64,000 nt of DNA from Eledone cirrhosa (GCA_964016885.1 OZ024743.1:66464001-66528000); one strand, 5' to 3'. Shown: positions 41,821 to 56,866, numbered from the stretch's first letter. Program-made: numbers and translations. Notes: generated from the sequence alone by a model not told the origin.

Positions 41821-41944
41821 TAGGAACGAGTAGGACCCTGACGGCTGAGCTCAAGCCGTTTCGACGGCTATTTCTGGACTAATTCTGGACTCCAGAATTA
41901 GCCGTCGAAACGGCTCGAGCTCAGCCGTCGGGGTCCTACTCGTT

Positions 41945-41948
<4 letters not shown>
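41821..41948. repeat. Hairpin of family C
   Basis: TAGGAACGAGTAGGACCCTGACGGCTGAGCTC... / ...GAGCTCAGCCGTCGGGGTCCTACTCGTTCCTA. Confidence 0.9.
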
Positions 41949-42027
<79 letters not shown>

Positions 42028-42176
42028 GAAAGTATAGAAATTATTGTGAGCATGAAGCCAACATTATTTCATAATATATAAGTGACTATAACGTCAAAAT
42101 GGAAAAATAATTAACGTAAGATGTGGGAAAATAATTATATATATATATGTATATATATATATAATATATATAATAT

Positions 42177-42234
<58 letters not shown>

Positions 42235-42240
42235 TAATAT

Positions 42241-42318
<78 letters not shown>

Positions 42319-42334
42319 TATATATATATATATA

Positions 42335-42385
<51 letters not shown>

Positions 42386-42554
42386 TATACATACATATGT
42401 ATGTATTTACATATACACACTACACATACACAGTACACATACACACAAACACAAACACACATAAGTTAAACCCGAGACGTAAACAAAGAATCGGTTCTAT
42501 TATTACTTAAATAAAGTACATTATAGGCATTAGGTAGATGAAAAATAAACTTAC

Positions 42555-42686
42555 CTGTGGAATAATCATTGGACCATCCCTGCTACCGTCCACAGTAATT
42601 ACTGGTATTTTCTCCGGACATAGTTTATCCACAGCAGGAGAAAGGGACTTGAAATATCGTTCTAGTAATTTAATAAGTTCTTCACA
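42555..42686 (-). other. Candidate host exon
   Basis: Unique sequence, open frame [47 protein letters not shown] ending at a perfect donor CAG|GTAAGT. Acceptor is weak. Confidence 0.35.
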
Positions 42687-42755
42687 GCAACATTGACTAC
42701 ACTTTTCTCTCTCTCTTATCGAAATGTCTTTCTCTTTCTTCTTTTTTTGTGTGTG

Positions 42756-42843
<88 letters not shown>

Positions 42844-42895
42844 TAAGAGACAAACACAGATATATACATATATGCGTTCAAATCACATATATGTG

Positions 42896-42967
<72 letters not shown>

Positions 42968-42972
<5 letters not shown>

Positions 42973-43783
42973 GACTGCGAAGATGACTTTCGAGTCCAGC
43001 TTTGCTTAGGCAGAGTCTCGCACAGACGCTGCATGTCAGCACCATAGGAGGACCCTCGCCGTCTGGAAGTGCAACAGCAATGCCCTTCCTCACATCCCGC
43101 TTTACTTTCTCGTATGCGATTCGAGATGCCTCAAAGGCAACTATATATATATATATATATCAGACGGCGAGGGTCCTCCTATGGTGCTGACATGCAGCGT
43201 CTGTGCGAGACTCTGCCTAAGCAAAGCTGGACTCGAAAGTCATCTTCGCACTCATAAAGTAAGACCAGTGGTTGACTACCAGGCTGCTGTTGGAGATGCT
43301 ACTCATCATACTTGCCAAACATGTGGTAGAGAATGTAAATCAGCAGGAGGGCTCAAGCGACATGCAAAAGTACATGAACTCCAACCACAGCCGGCTATTC
43401 CCAGTGAATGTTTTGGTTGCCGACTCTGTGCAAGGCATTTTAGATCATTGGCTGGGCTAAAAAGCCACATTCGATCGCAGCGCTGTTAGTTGCTATCGTG
43501 TGTGTGTATAGATATGTTTATGTGTGTGCGTGTATGTGTATATATATATGTATATGTATATTATTATTGTTGTTGTCGTTATTATTATTGTTGTTATTAT
43601 TATCATTATTATTATTATTATTGTTATTAATGTATGTGTGTGTGTATATATGTATATATATATATATATATATATTATTTTTTTTAATTTTTTTTTTATT
43701 TTTATTCTATTTTTTATTTATTTATTAATTTTTTTTTCTCCTCGTGCAATGGCCATACTCGATAACGAGGGGGCAGCCATCAT
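42968..43783 (+). mobile_element. 3' end of an RTE-BovB LINE with three C2H2-like fingers, inverted 5' piece and 3' tail
   Basis: 42968-43142 (-) [40 protein letters not shown]. 43161-43489 (+) has three CxxC..GL..H motifs. Tail at 43742-43783. Confidence 0.8.
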
Positions 43784-43864
43784 ATATATATATACATACA
43801 TATATATAAATAAATATATATATATATATATATACGTTTGTGTGTGTGTATATATATATATGTT

Positions 43865-43944
<80 letters not shown>

Positions 43945-44379
43945 GATTTATGTATGTATATATATTTATGTGTTTGTGTGTGTGTATACAGATATAGATG
44001 TATGCGTCAGTGTGTTTCTTTGTACGCGCGTGTAGATCGCGGAACAGTATATTATGCCACATTCCATCCATGGCCATCCAGCGTATTGTTTTCCTCGCAT
44101 TATATCAGACTACATTATCCCACTTATTCTCTCTGATTCCTTTTCATTTCTTTTTCCAAATCTGTCGGCTGCAACTTGAAGGATACATATCACCTTCGCT
44201 GCTTCTAATAGCAAGTCAATGACCCTCTCAGAATTATCCTGCTAGATGGGAGTAGCGTTTCGGGCAAATGAACATTGTTGGGAATGACGCCACAGCATGG
44301 CCACAGTCTAATGACTTTTAAACAGTAAATAGTTGAACATCAATTGAAAATCAATTGGTGAGAATTGTGATCTCTCTCT

Positions 44380-44450
44380 CTGTCTCTTAATTCCATCTCT
44401 CTCTCCCCACCCCCTCTCTCTCTCTCTCTCTATCACTCCTCCACACATCT

Positions 44451-44484
<34 letters not shown>

Positions 44485-44590
44485 CATCTCTCTGTCTTCC
44501 ACCCATCCATCTCTCTCTCTCTCTCACTCTTCCACACATCTCGCTCTCTCTCTCTCTCTCCCATCCATCTCTCTGTCTTCCACCCATCCA

Positions 44591-44655
<65 letters not shown>

Positions 44656-45300
44656 TCCACACATCTCGCTCTCTCTCTCTCTCTCCCATCCATCTCTCTG
44701 TCTTCCACCCATCCATCTCTCTCTCACTCTCTTTCTCTCTCTCTCTCTCTTCTACCCACCTCTCTTTCTCCCTCTCCTCCACCCATCTCTCTCTCTCCCA
44801 CCCATCTCTCTCTCTCTCTCCCAACCTCTGCCTCTCTTTTCTCGCTTTCCCTCAATCGCTTTCTACCTCTCTTTCACCGCGCTCTCGCTTCGCCTCTCTC
44901 TCTCTACATATTTCTAGTTTTACCTCTCCTTCAGTCTCTGCCAGTTTCACTCCCTTCAACCTCTCTCTCTCCCTTCCACCCACTTTGCTTTCTCTCAACC
45001 ACTCTCTCGCTTAACCTCTCTATATATATCTCTTTAACTTTGTCTCTCTCTCTCTCCCTCACTCATCCCCTCCCTTCCTCATCCCCTTCTCTCTCTATCA
45101 CCCCTCTCTCCCTCACTCCACCTCTATCACCTCTATCTATCTCTCTCTCTCTCCACCTCTCTCCTTAACCCCCCTCTCCTCCTCACCCCCTTCTCTCTCC
45201 CTCACTTCCCCTCTCTCCCTCACTCCATCCTCACTTCCCCTCTCTCCCTCACTCCACCCTCACTTCCACCCCTCTCTCCCTCTACCTCTCTCTCACAACA
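44380..45300. repeat. CT-rich compound satellite with ~80-bp higher-order units
   Basis: Recurrent CCATCCATCTCTCTGTCTTCCACCCATCCATCTC blocks. A (TTTC)n tract follows at ~45411-45520. Confidence 0.9.
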
Positions 45301-45408
45301 TTCTGTTCCCCACCTTCTCTACAAATATTGTAAACACCACCAACACGTGTGAACTAGCTTTAAGAAACAACGGGAAAACACGAAATAACGAAAGTCTCTA
45401 TCAACGCT

Positions 45409-45520
<112 letters not shown>

Positions 45521-46226
45521 TTCTTTTCATTTCTTCTTTCTTTCTTTCGTCCTTACTTTCTGTAGAATGAATGTATGTACACATTCATTCATTCTTTCTT
45601 TCCTGTTCTATCTTTCTTTAGTTCTTTCTTTCTTTCTTTTATGTTCTATCTTTCTTTACTCCTTCTTTTCTCCCTTCTTTCTCTCTCTCTCTATCTCTCT
45701 TTCTCTCTATCTGTCTGTCTGTCTATCTATCTATTGGGGATTTCAATTATTTTATTATACATAGTTTGTTATTTATTAATGCTAAAGTTATTTTTATGTA
45801 AAAGCCCCGCCGTCACGTCTTGTAATGTCCTATTTTTGTACGCCCCTGTGGCAAATAAAGAAAGATATCTATCTATCTATCTAAAAAACAAACAACCTCT
45901 TAACACAGGACAAGTTCAATAGTGTGGTCCTGGCTTCTAGGCACACACACACAATAACAATATACCAGTGAGAATCATCAAATGATAACAATACTTCAAC
46001 ACAGCTGGCCTGGTGCTAAACAACAACAAAATAACAACACTTAACTTTATTACACACACCCGTCATCACCAACGTGAATATTGCCAACCATTATCAACAC
46101 CACACAACACTATCACCGACATGTGCCACAGAAACAACGCCAACACTTTCTCTATTGTGTTCACTGGAACCATATGGTGGAATACGCGACAAGGCCAAAA
46201 CGTCTATCTTCCACCTTAGCATGGTT

Positions 46227-46284
<58 letters not shown>

Positions 46285-46356
46285 CGTTATTCCGGGTTGA
46301 ATCGGAGGTAACCACAGTAAGTAAGGTACTCAATACATAGCAGAGTATAACAGTTT

Positions 46357-46620
46357 TTTCGAAGATAATAGTAAGATATGCACTCAGTATTTTGAATCTG
46401 TCTGCAGAATTCCCTAGACCTTTGTCACTTAGCAGAACCTTAATGACTTTAGCTTTTAAAGAATCTCCCTTTTCTTTAATTCTATCGAGCATGAATGACC
46501 CCCCACTGATTTTATAGACATCTGCTAGCTTAAGAGAAACTTATTGACAAGGAATGGTATGCCATCCGGAACCTGTTTATAGAATTCTGTCTGCCTTTGT
46601 TACTCTAAAAACATAAATAA
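46357..46620 (-). mobile_element. Possible PLE N-terminal RT remnant
   Basis: KVLLSDKGLG resembles the PLE DKG motif, and it is adjacent to a truncated hammerhead at 46765. Confidence 0.25.
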
Positions 46621-46827
46621 ATATAAATTAACTATAGCTATGTAGAATTAGCTTTTAATGAATTCCCTTCTCTATCAACCAATGACCTGCACCCATCCCA
46701 CTCCCCACCCTCTCCTACCACTTGTAGAGACCTATAAATACCATATTTATTTTTTGATACCCAGATTCCTGATGATTTCTAATGAATGAAACAGTTCTAG
46801 CATCTATATTAAAACTGTTATACTCTG

Positions 46828-46868
<41 letters not shown>

Positions 46869-46987
46869 CAAATATATACATATATATACATATATATATA
46901 TATAGTATAAAAGAGAAAACACAGGTAAGCATTAAGAGAAGGATTTTATCCAGGTATTTACGACTGTTTCATTGGTAAGTGCAACCT

Positions 46988-47039
<52 letters not shown>

Positions 47040-47043
<4 letters not shown>

Positions 47044-48068
47044 TCAATATATTAATAAATGGAAACTATATTTATAAAACCATAATTATTTTATTATATA
47101 TATTTCAAGGGCAACCAAGGCAGTTTTGGTGCGCTTTCATCAGATAAAATACAAAATTTGTTTTATAAATGTTGACATACCCGTAGAAAAACAACCTTGA
47201 CGGTTGAAGGTTCACTGGATTGTTGAAGTGAAAGCAACTGGTGCGTGTGTTTCTTATTGGAAAAGCAACTGGTGCGTGTGTTGCTTTGGGAGGGTTATGT
47301 TGCCAATAAGAAACACACGCACCACTGCTTTCACTTCAATTTATTATAAATTAAATTATAAATTTAAAAATTTATAAGTTTCCGGTTGGTTGGTTGGTTG
47401 GTTGGTTGGTTCCACAACCGGACGGTTTTTCATATGTTGTCAAAGTTCTTTCGTCACACATTCTGTGACCTCTTCAGTGACTGGAGATTCTTTTCTTTGT
47501 TTTGTGCCTCTCCTTTGTTCTGTCCTACGCCATCTTGTTTTTGTGTGTGTTGTGTGCTTAGTTTGCGCATGTTACATCCGGGTATCTGTGTGTGTTTTTA
47601 TTTGTTTATTTATTTGTTTATTTATATGTTGCTAGTTAGTTGTTTGTTCTATGTGTGTGTGTTTTCATTTTGTCCTTAATTGTGAGTTGTGATGTTGCTA
47701 TTCCATTCTTGTTTTCTATTTAATTTTGGTTGGAGTTCATTTATGTTTATTGCCTCTGTGATTTGTCTAAACATTACGTCTTTTCTGTGTGTAGATTCTA
47801 TTTTTATTTCTCTAATTTGCACTTATGTTCTATTTTAGCATGTTGGTGGAGTACTGATGAGTCTTTTCTATCTTGGAGTTCTCGCCAGTGTGCATTTAAT
47901 CGTTCTCCTGTGCTACGAGCTGTCTCACCTATGTACATTATAATCTTATCTTTACATTGTCCCTCGGTACATCTTATGCTATATACTATGTTTCTAGTTT
48001 TACAGTTAATATGGGGGCTTAGTTTACAGATTATGCATTTCCTATCTATACAGGGAGGTCTTTGAATG
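47040..48068 (-). mobile_element. Penelope-like element 3' end: GIY-YIG endonuclease + UTR + hammerhead
   Basis: Minus translation CIDRKCIICK..NCKTRNIVYSIRC..YIGETARSTGERLNAH..SVLHQH..(frameshift)RQITEAININELQPKLNRKQEW. Confidence 0.88.
47070..47170 (-). ncRNA. Type I hammerhead ribozyme downstream of the PLE endonuclease
   Basis: Minus strand: ATTTTAT-CTGATGA (47143-47137)-AAGCGCACCAA..TTGGTTGCCCTT-GAAA-TATATA-TA-ATAAAAT. Confidence 0.82.
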
Positions 48069-48182
48069 GAAGCAGTAAAAACCAGTTATACCATTACTCA
48101 CCGGAGTATTCGATTCTGAGCTGTTGAAACGTTGAAACGGCAGGAGCTCAGCCGTCGGGGTCCCGAATTTTTCATATATATT

Positions 48183-48312
<130 letters not shown>

Positions 48313-48651
48313 TGTGTGTGTATGATAGAGAGGTCAGAGATAGGGAGATACTGAAAGGGTGAGAGAGAAGAGAAAGAGAGAAAGAAAGAGAGAAAGTACC
48401 AAATGAGCTTATTCGAATTACCCCCGCAAAACGTCGAGCTTCTAAATACATTTGAACAGCCCAGCTATCAGTCTTGCATCATACTATACCATCAATACCA
48501 GCTACAAACAACAACAGTTACAATCTATTTATTTAATCAATTTAAACAATAGAGGTATTAATTAATTTTAATGATAGAGGTATAAACTATGCATTCGAGG
48601 TCAATAAAAATGTACCAGTCTAGTACTGGGTCGATTCTTCCTCTACATTAA

Positions 48652-49235
48652 AATTTGCATCAACAGTCTGGAAGCCCTATCTTGCTCAGAACATTGACTG
48701 CCTGGAAACTGTTCAGGGACGTGCAACCAAGCGAATACCCTCCATAAGGCATCTACCATACTCTGAACGCCTTGCTTCTATGGGCATGGATACATTGAAG
48801 CTCCGACATCTGGCAACTTACTTGGTAAACATCCACAAAATTATTAACCATCTTGCCAACAACAACCCTGAGTACCTTTTTGATTTCCATGTGTCTAATA
48901 CCTGTGGGCATGCCCACAAAGTCAGAAAACAGCACAGCTTCTATGACTTTCGGAAAAATTTTTTCACGCTCAGAGTTGCTGAAGCATGGAACAAACTACC
49001 TGCATCGTTTGTTAGCTGTCGAGACACTGCATCCTTTAAACCTCCATGCTTCCTGAGATTCGCCAACACCGCACCTGATATTCCCCCTCCATACACACGC
49101 ACACATGTATATCATGACTCATACACTATTCACTTCTCTGACATTTGTATATTATTCTTTGTACTATACGTGCACCTTTGATGAGTTGTAGTGCACCTGA
49201 GCACTGTACACAATAATTTCATTATTATTAATATT
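48652..49235 (+). mobile_element. CR1 LINE 3' fragment
   Basis: FASTVWKPYLAQNIDCLETVQGRATKRIP..YSERLASMG..TCGHAHK..RKNFFTLRVAEAWNKLP, with an (ATT)n-like tail. Confidence 0.9.
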
Positions 49236-49733
49236 ATATCTTTTTCTCACTTCCATTCTCTCACTCACTCTATCCTGCTCTGGAAGAAATCTACTATGTC
49301 CAAACTTAGAGAAGATGGGTTCAGCCAGGTTTCAAAATACCCTAGAAACGGTTTATTTCTATACGGCACCCTTACGACTCCCCTAGGAAATACAGGACCA
49401 TCACTCCACGCCATGCCATACCAACAATAACATCTACAAACAACAACAGTTACAGTTTATTTATTTATATATCTATTTATTTATTTAATCAATTTAATCG
49501 TCTGTATAGAGGTATCTAATATCCACTGCACATATGAAATAAAAACAAGAGTGAAACACTGAAAGTAAAAAAGAAAACAAAGCGAAGAGCAGAGAAAGTA
49601 AAAAATTTCAGTGAACAGCGCAACGCTGGCTAAGATAGGGTGTGGTTGTTTATTGGCTATAAATCGACAATGTTGTTTTATAAGAGGAGGAGAGATGGTC
49701 TCATGGCAGCCGTAAAGATAGTGTGTGTATGTA

Positions 49734-49786
<53 letters not shown>

Positions 49787-49874
49787 CATGCACACACATA
49801 TGTATATATACATGTATATATACATACACCCACACATATGTATATATGTGTGGGTGTATGTATATATACATGTT

Positions 49875-49928
<54 letters not shown>

Positions 49929-50364
49929 TCATGGAAACAAAAGACGAACTAACAAGAGGATGCAATAACACGAATTTGTATTAGTTTCCCGCTTGGAGGA
50001 AGAAGAGTGAGATACTTATCCCTATGTGGGTGACGGCTAAGAGAGAAGAATACTCAATACCGAAGATTTCATTTTATTAAAACTAAACAATGAGTCTTGT
50101 TTGTTTGGAGTTTCGCCTGTTTACCACAGTAACAACACACACTATTTAACCTTAATAAATAAAAAGAATATATATGTATTGTGAAGCTGTGAGTTCTAAT
50201 TCCGGACTAGGTGATGAATTGTGTCCTTGAGCAATACACTATATTTCACGTTGCGCGATTTTACTCAACTGTAGAAATGAGTTGTGGCGTCACTGGTGCC
50301 AAACTGTATCGGCAATGGTCTTTCCCTTGAAGAACTTTGGTAGTGTATAATTACATTATACACT

Positions 50365-50407
50365 TCCGTCGCATGAAGAAACCTATAAGCTGAAACCGGT
50401 ACGATTA
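50365..50407 (+). ncRNA. Degenerate minimal hammerhead
   Basis: GTCG-CATGAAGA-AACCTATAAGCT-GAAA-CCGG-TA-CGAT. Confidence 0.4.
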
Positions 50408-50527
50408 ATGCGGAAATTCCTATTTTGTAAATAAATGTTTTGCTGTTATTCTGAAATCAAATCCCTTAAGTATTTTCTACTGTTTTTTCTTTTTTAATTA
50501 TATATGTTATTTTAATTATATATGTTA

Positions 50528-51448
50528 CTAGCAGTGGTACCCGGCGTTGCACGGGATAAGGTATTTTGGAATGCCGGCCGCCAACAGACCTAATCATGGA
50601 AAATCTGCATGCGTGGACAATATGTAAAGAAAATAAACCGAATACTCTGATGGCTGGATAATCTTTAAGATTTTCCTCGATGAAGCAAGAAAAATGCAGG
50701 TTTTCACCTAGGGGATCAAGAAAATGAATTTTTTTAATGTGCATAATATGCCTTGAAATTTCGGGAAAATCGGCTAGACGTAACGCCTCAAAAAAGCCCT
50801 AAAAAGCTGAAAAAGTGAAGTTTTTCACCTAATGCAGGCCCTAGGCTATAAAAAAGTTGGATTTTCTTTGCTCACGGTATGAAGAAGAGACTGACTAATA
50901 CATAGTTACAATTTCAAGGAAATCAGTCGTAATCTGACGTAACGACTAAAAAAAACCCCTGAAAACCTGAAAAAACGCAGTTTTTCACCCAATGCGTGCC
51001 TTAGGGTATCAAAAAGTTGAATTTTTTTATGTGTAAAAATATAAGTAATACACATGTAAAGTTTGAAAAATGTCAGTTGGGTACTTCTCGAGTTTTAGGG
51101 ATTCAAACTCACAGACGCACACAGACACACACACACATACACACACAGACAGACATCCTCAGGGAAGTGATGTAATGCAGACAGTCAGACATACAGACAG
51201 ATATTATAAGTGCGCGACGTTATATGTATGTATCTATCTAAAAAGAGAAAGACTAAGAATTATAGAGAGAGATCGCTAAATCGCCTAATGCGGTCCCTAG
51301 GGCATTGAAATTTTCTTTGCTCAGAACATTCCCTGAAACATGTATTACATGTGTAAAGTTTGAAAAGAGTCAGTTGGGTGGTTTTCGAGTTTTAGGGAAT
51401 CAAACTCACACACACACAGACAGACATCCTCAGTTTTATATATATAGA
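50528..51448 (-). mobile_element. Complete non-autonomous Helitron (921 bp) with internal tandem subrepeats
   Basis: Minus strand A|TCTATATATATAAAACTG ... CCCGTGCAACGCCGGG hairpin ... CTAG|T. Confidence 0.88.
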
Positions 51449-51657
51449 TTTTAATAAATATTTGCTCTATGGTTTTTATATATTTGATATATAGTTATCC
51501 TTATCAAACCCTCTTCCGATTTTAGTCTTCACATTTATTATTCCCTCCATCTCAATTCTACTTTTGAAAAGCACAAGAACTGCGAAACCGGTAAAGGAAC
51601 CAAATAAATATTAAAAAAAAAAAAAAAGAATCCAGCTGCATTTTCGATTTCATCTTT

Positions 51658-51713
<56 letters not shown>

Positions 51714-51715
<2 letters not shown>

Positions 51716-52156
51716 AAGGCGGGTAAAATTCCCGAGATCCATGGACGAGTTCTCTCCAGCGGTCTCTGTCCCTCATTATCGCTGCCATATCCTGCATCTC
51801 CAACAGACCAGTGTCTGTCCTTAGGGCATCAACATATATCAACCTTGGTTTTCCTCTTCTAGTGTGTCCATGTAGGGGCTCCCAAAGGAGCACTGAGTGC
51901 AATGTCAACTCTGGATGTCGGTGAGCATGTCCAGCCAACCTCAGTCTCCTCTGTGTCACTTTTGAGCTGACTTTTGGGATGCTCCCATACAGCTCTGAGT
52001 TTTTCATCCTCAGTGTATACTTCATTGCTGTAGTGGAGTCTGTGCTGCTGTATGGGTCTGAGACTTGGACACTGACCAAGAGACTCACTCAGATGGTGGA
52101 TGGGTGCTACACGAGAATGCTGAGGATGGCTCTGAACATTAATCAGTATACACTGA

Positions 52157-52160
<4 letters not shown>
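51714..52160 (-). mobile_element. 5'-truncated RTE/RTEX LINE with 5' inversion, inserted in (TA)n
   Basis: Minus: YTLRMKNSELYG..RRLRLAGHAHRH..LLWEP..DRDRWR. Plus 52021-52160: VESVLLYGSETWTL..CYTRMLRMALN. Confidence 0.9.
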
Positions 52161-52196
<36 letters not shown>

Positions 52197-52262
52197 ATTG
52201 AACACTGGTGGGTTATATCCATAGTAGTAGAGCACTCAGTCCAAGAAACGATTTCGGTATAA

Positions 52263-52550
52263 ATAGTTCCACAACAGTTAGTTCACCATACCGGAAACAA
52301 TTGTTTCACCTTATTCGTATCACGAGCTGAGGATCCAAACAATTGTTCTCGGTATGGTGAGCTAACTGTTGTGGAACTACTTCTCTCTCTCTCTTCTCTC
52401 AGAAGATCCCGTTAAGGGTGCAAGCAGCGATTCTTTGCTTAAACTTTAATCTGTTATTTTAATAAATATATATATATATATTTATTTATTAAAATAACAG
52501 ATTAAAGTTTAAGCAAAGAATCGCTGCTTTCACCCTTAACGGGATCTTCT
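52263..52550. repeat. Two adjacent inverted repeats
   Basis: 52263-52380 has a hammerhead 3' half GAAA-CAATTG-TT at its junctions. 52401-52550 is centred on (TA)n. Confidence 0.9.
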
Positions 52551-53489
52551 GAAACTAACAAAGTCAATCTGTAAACGCAGAAGTGGATATTTCAAAAAAC
52601 GTTGCAGCCGGAGGAAGACAGGAAGACGATACTTTGGTTGGTGGAAACGTTCCCTGGCAAAGAACGGGAAAAAACGAATATAATACGTCATTAATAGGAG
52701 CGGTGAAAAACAATTACACGCGAAGACAGAACCACGTTTATGGTATAAAAGAAGTCGTAGACTAATGTTCTCTTAGGTGGTTCATAGAGACGTTCTCTGG
52801 CAATGAACGGAAAAAACGAAGATAATACGTCGTATGTGGAGTGTGGAGAACAATTGCACGCAAAGACAAAACCACGTAAATGGTATAACAGAAGTTGTAG
52901 AAGTAAATTCTAACTAGGAAACCGAATGAATCTCCGCTTCAGAGTTAAGAATAAAGTAAAATACAATACAGAGGTAATAGAAATTAAATAAATACATACA
53001 CGCATACAAATACGTACATACACAAGCATACGCGAAAACACTTGCCATAGGTATACAAAACCACGCACATATAAATATGTGTGTGTGTGTGTGTGCGTGT
53101 ATACAAAGAAATAATTAAATAAACGTATATAAATAAATAAATACGTATATAACAAGCGCACCCACATACCTACATGTAAATACACAAATGTTCAGAGACG
53201 TACGTCAACCAAAACATAAAGTACACATATACACACACCCTACATACGTACGAACCTGCATACTCACACAGACGCAAAACTCCCGTATACACATAACCAA
53301 ACCATATGTACCAGAATATATAAAATTATACGCCATAACATATACAATCAAATATACGTACGAGAAAGTATACGTACCTTCACAAAACATACAGGTAATA
53401 TATACTTACCTATGCAAATAAGTAATGGTATAAACATAACATATACTTAGCTTCCACATCAAGACGTAAAATATCCACGTATAGATCGT

Positions 53490-54175
53490 ACTATCCGTTA
53501 GGGTATAACGTCGGGCTGTAATACAGGAAAGTTTTGTGCAATTTATGTTTACAAGCCGAAATTGCCTCAGATTTTTTGTTTAAGATGTGGTCTGTGGCGT
53601 AGAGTATTTCCAGGACCTCAGCGGCGCAGAGGTCACGTAGTCTTTTATTTCCGTTATACGATCTAGCCCTAGCTAGGATCTCCCAGTGTAACTTATATTG
53701 GGTGTGGTTGTCTTTTAGACTCCTATATAAGCTGAAAGTGACGTCATATTCCTTCTTAGAAGGTAACGAAAAGAATGGGTATGCATGTAAAGACGCTGCT
53801 TGAATCTATTGGCGGTTAACCCTATGTAGGCCCTACGGGACGTGGGTGTTTCAACCTTACATTTGTAGACAATGTTACTAGAGAGGCATTTCCCGATAGG
53901 GGGCAATCAACCCGATTTCTACAATTACAGTTAGTACTAACTACAGGGTTGCACGTGTTCCTACGGCTAGGTAGTTTTGCTAAATTTGAAGCTGTGATGT
54001 TATGAGCAAGGTTAGGAGTCGTAGAGTAAGAAATTTTAATAGTATTTCTATTAAAAATTTTACTATATTTATGTGTAGGGGGAAAATGCTTCGTAATAAG
54101 GGAAAGAAAGATCTTAGCTAATGGTGTAGCCACCTCCATATTATATGGTGGGTTATACCAACAAATGCGACGGGA
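53490..54175 (-). mobile_element. Penelope-like (Neptune-type) GIY-YIG endonuclease fragment
   Basis: WYNPPY..KHFPPTHKYSKIFNRNTIKISYS..CNCRNRVDCP..CLSSNIVYKCKV..YIGLTANRFKQRLYMH..TSLS..WEILARA..LNKKSE. Confidence 0.9.
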
Positions 54176-54317
54176 TCTTCTTCTTCTTCTTCTTCTTATT
54201 ATTATTATTATTATATATATATGCAAGGGCGGTGCCCCAGCATGGCCTCAGCCGGATGGCTGAAACAGGTAAAAGAGTATATATATATATATATATATAT
54301 ACATGGATCTTATTATT

Positions 54318-54554
<237 letters not shown>

Positions 54555-54667
54555 TTATATATATACATGTATATGTAGGTTCCTGAGTAGTATCATGGGG
54601 TAACCATATTTGGAAAAAGTACTCAATACGTTGGTAGTGTATAGGAATCTTTAATATATATAGAGAT

Positions 54668-54718
54668 TTCATCTACAGGACTAGAACTGTTTCATTCGTA
54701 TTAAATCATCAGGGATGT
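54668..54718 (-). ncRNA. Hammerhead ribozyme (family of 39586)
   Basis: Minus strand: CATCC-CTGATGA-TTTAATACGAAT-GAAA-CAGTTCTAGTCCTG-TA-GATG. Confidence 0.65.
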
Positions 54719-55152
54719 CAGATAACATTGGTCAGTTTTGGTTATTGATAAGTGTAGGTCGGGTGGAAGTTGAGGGTTTTGGTGGTGGTGGGGCCTTTTC
54801 TAAGGATAGAGGTATCTTGTAAAGGAGGATGGAAAGACGGAATATGGGGGTTTATGGGGTGGTGTAGGGGGCGGAATATGGTGAAAAATGTGAGTGTGAG
54901 GAAGGGTAAGAAGACAAAGAAGGAAGAAATAGAGAAGGAAAGGACTTCATACAAATGAAACAGTTCTAGTCCTGTAGAAGTCATTTCTATATATTATGTC
55001 TTTCAGCCCCGGTGTTTGCATATCTACGGCTTCCTAAATACCGCGTTTCTTTAGAAATACGAAATATCTATACATATCTGTATACAGCTATGCTTGAAGC
55101 TAAATGCTATTTCTATTCTCTCTCTCTGTCTCTTTCTCCCCCCCCCCCCCTC

Positions 55153-56083
<931 letters not shown>

Positions 56084-56094
56084 TATATATATAT

Positions 56095-56174
<80 letters not shown>

Positions 56175-56287
56175 TTTGTACGGCTTTTGGAGGAAGGAGT
56201 GACCAGCAGTACGTTGTTCGGTATTCTTATGAAAAGGTGTAGTAGAGAATCCCGCGTGAACTAACAGCTCGGGAGGAAACTGCTTAC

Positions 56288-56327
56288 CTCGAAGATTCAT
56301 TTGCCATCGTTCTTGGTATTTGTTGGC
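56288..56327 (-). other. Candidate 40-nt host exon
   Basis: ttatctaactgtag|GCCAAC...ATGGCAAATGAATCTTCGAG|gtaagc, in unique sequence. Confidence 0.3.
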
Positions 56328-56430
56328 CTACAGTTAGATAAATGGTGCACAAAGGGTTAATGTTTATTGGCAAGAAGTTTTTTGAATAATAAAAGACGGG
56401 TTAAAGCGACCTACAATGTATCTGTGTGTG

Positions 56431-56505
<75 letters not shown>

Positions 56506-56566
56506 TTATATATTTATATATAATATTTATAAATATATATATATTTATATATACATGTATTTATAA

Positions 56567-56597
<31 letters not shown>

Positions 56598-56752
56598 TGT
56601 GTGCGCGCGCGTGTGTGTGTGTGTGTGTGTGCGTGAGTATGTGTGTGTGTGTATGTATGTATATATTTATAGATGTATATATATATATATGTGTATGTAT
56701 ATATATATATAGAGAGAGAGAGATGAGAGAGATATGTGTGTGTTTGTGTACG

Positions 56753-56866
<114 letters not shown>

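Noticed and set aside
43181-43489. Host C2H2 zinc-finger gene
   Set aside because: Overlaps RTE C-terminal sequence, is followed by an RTE tail and lacks TGEKP linkers.
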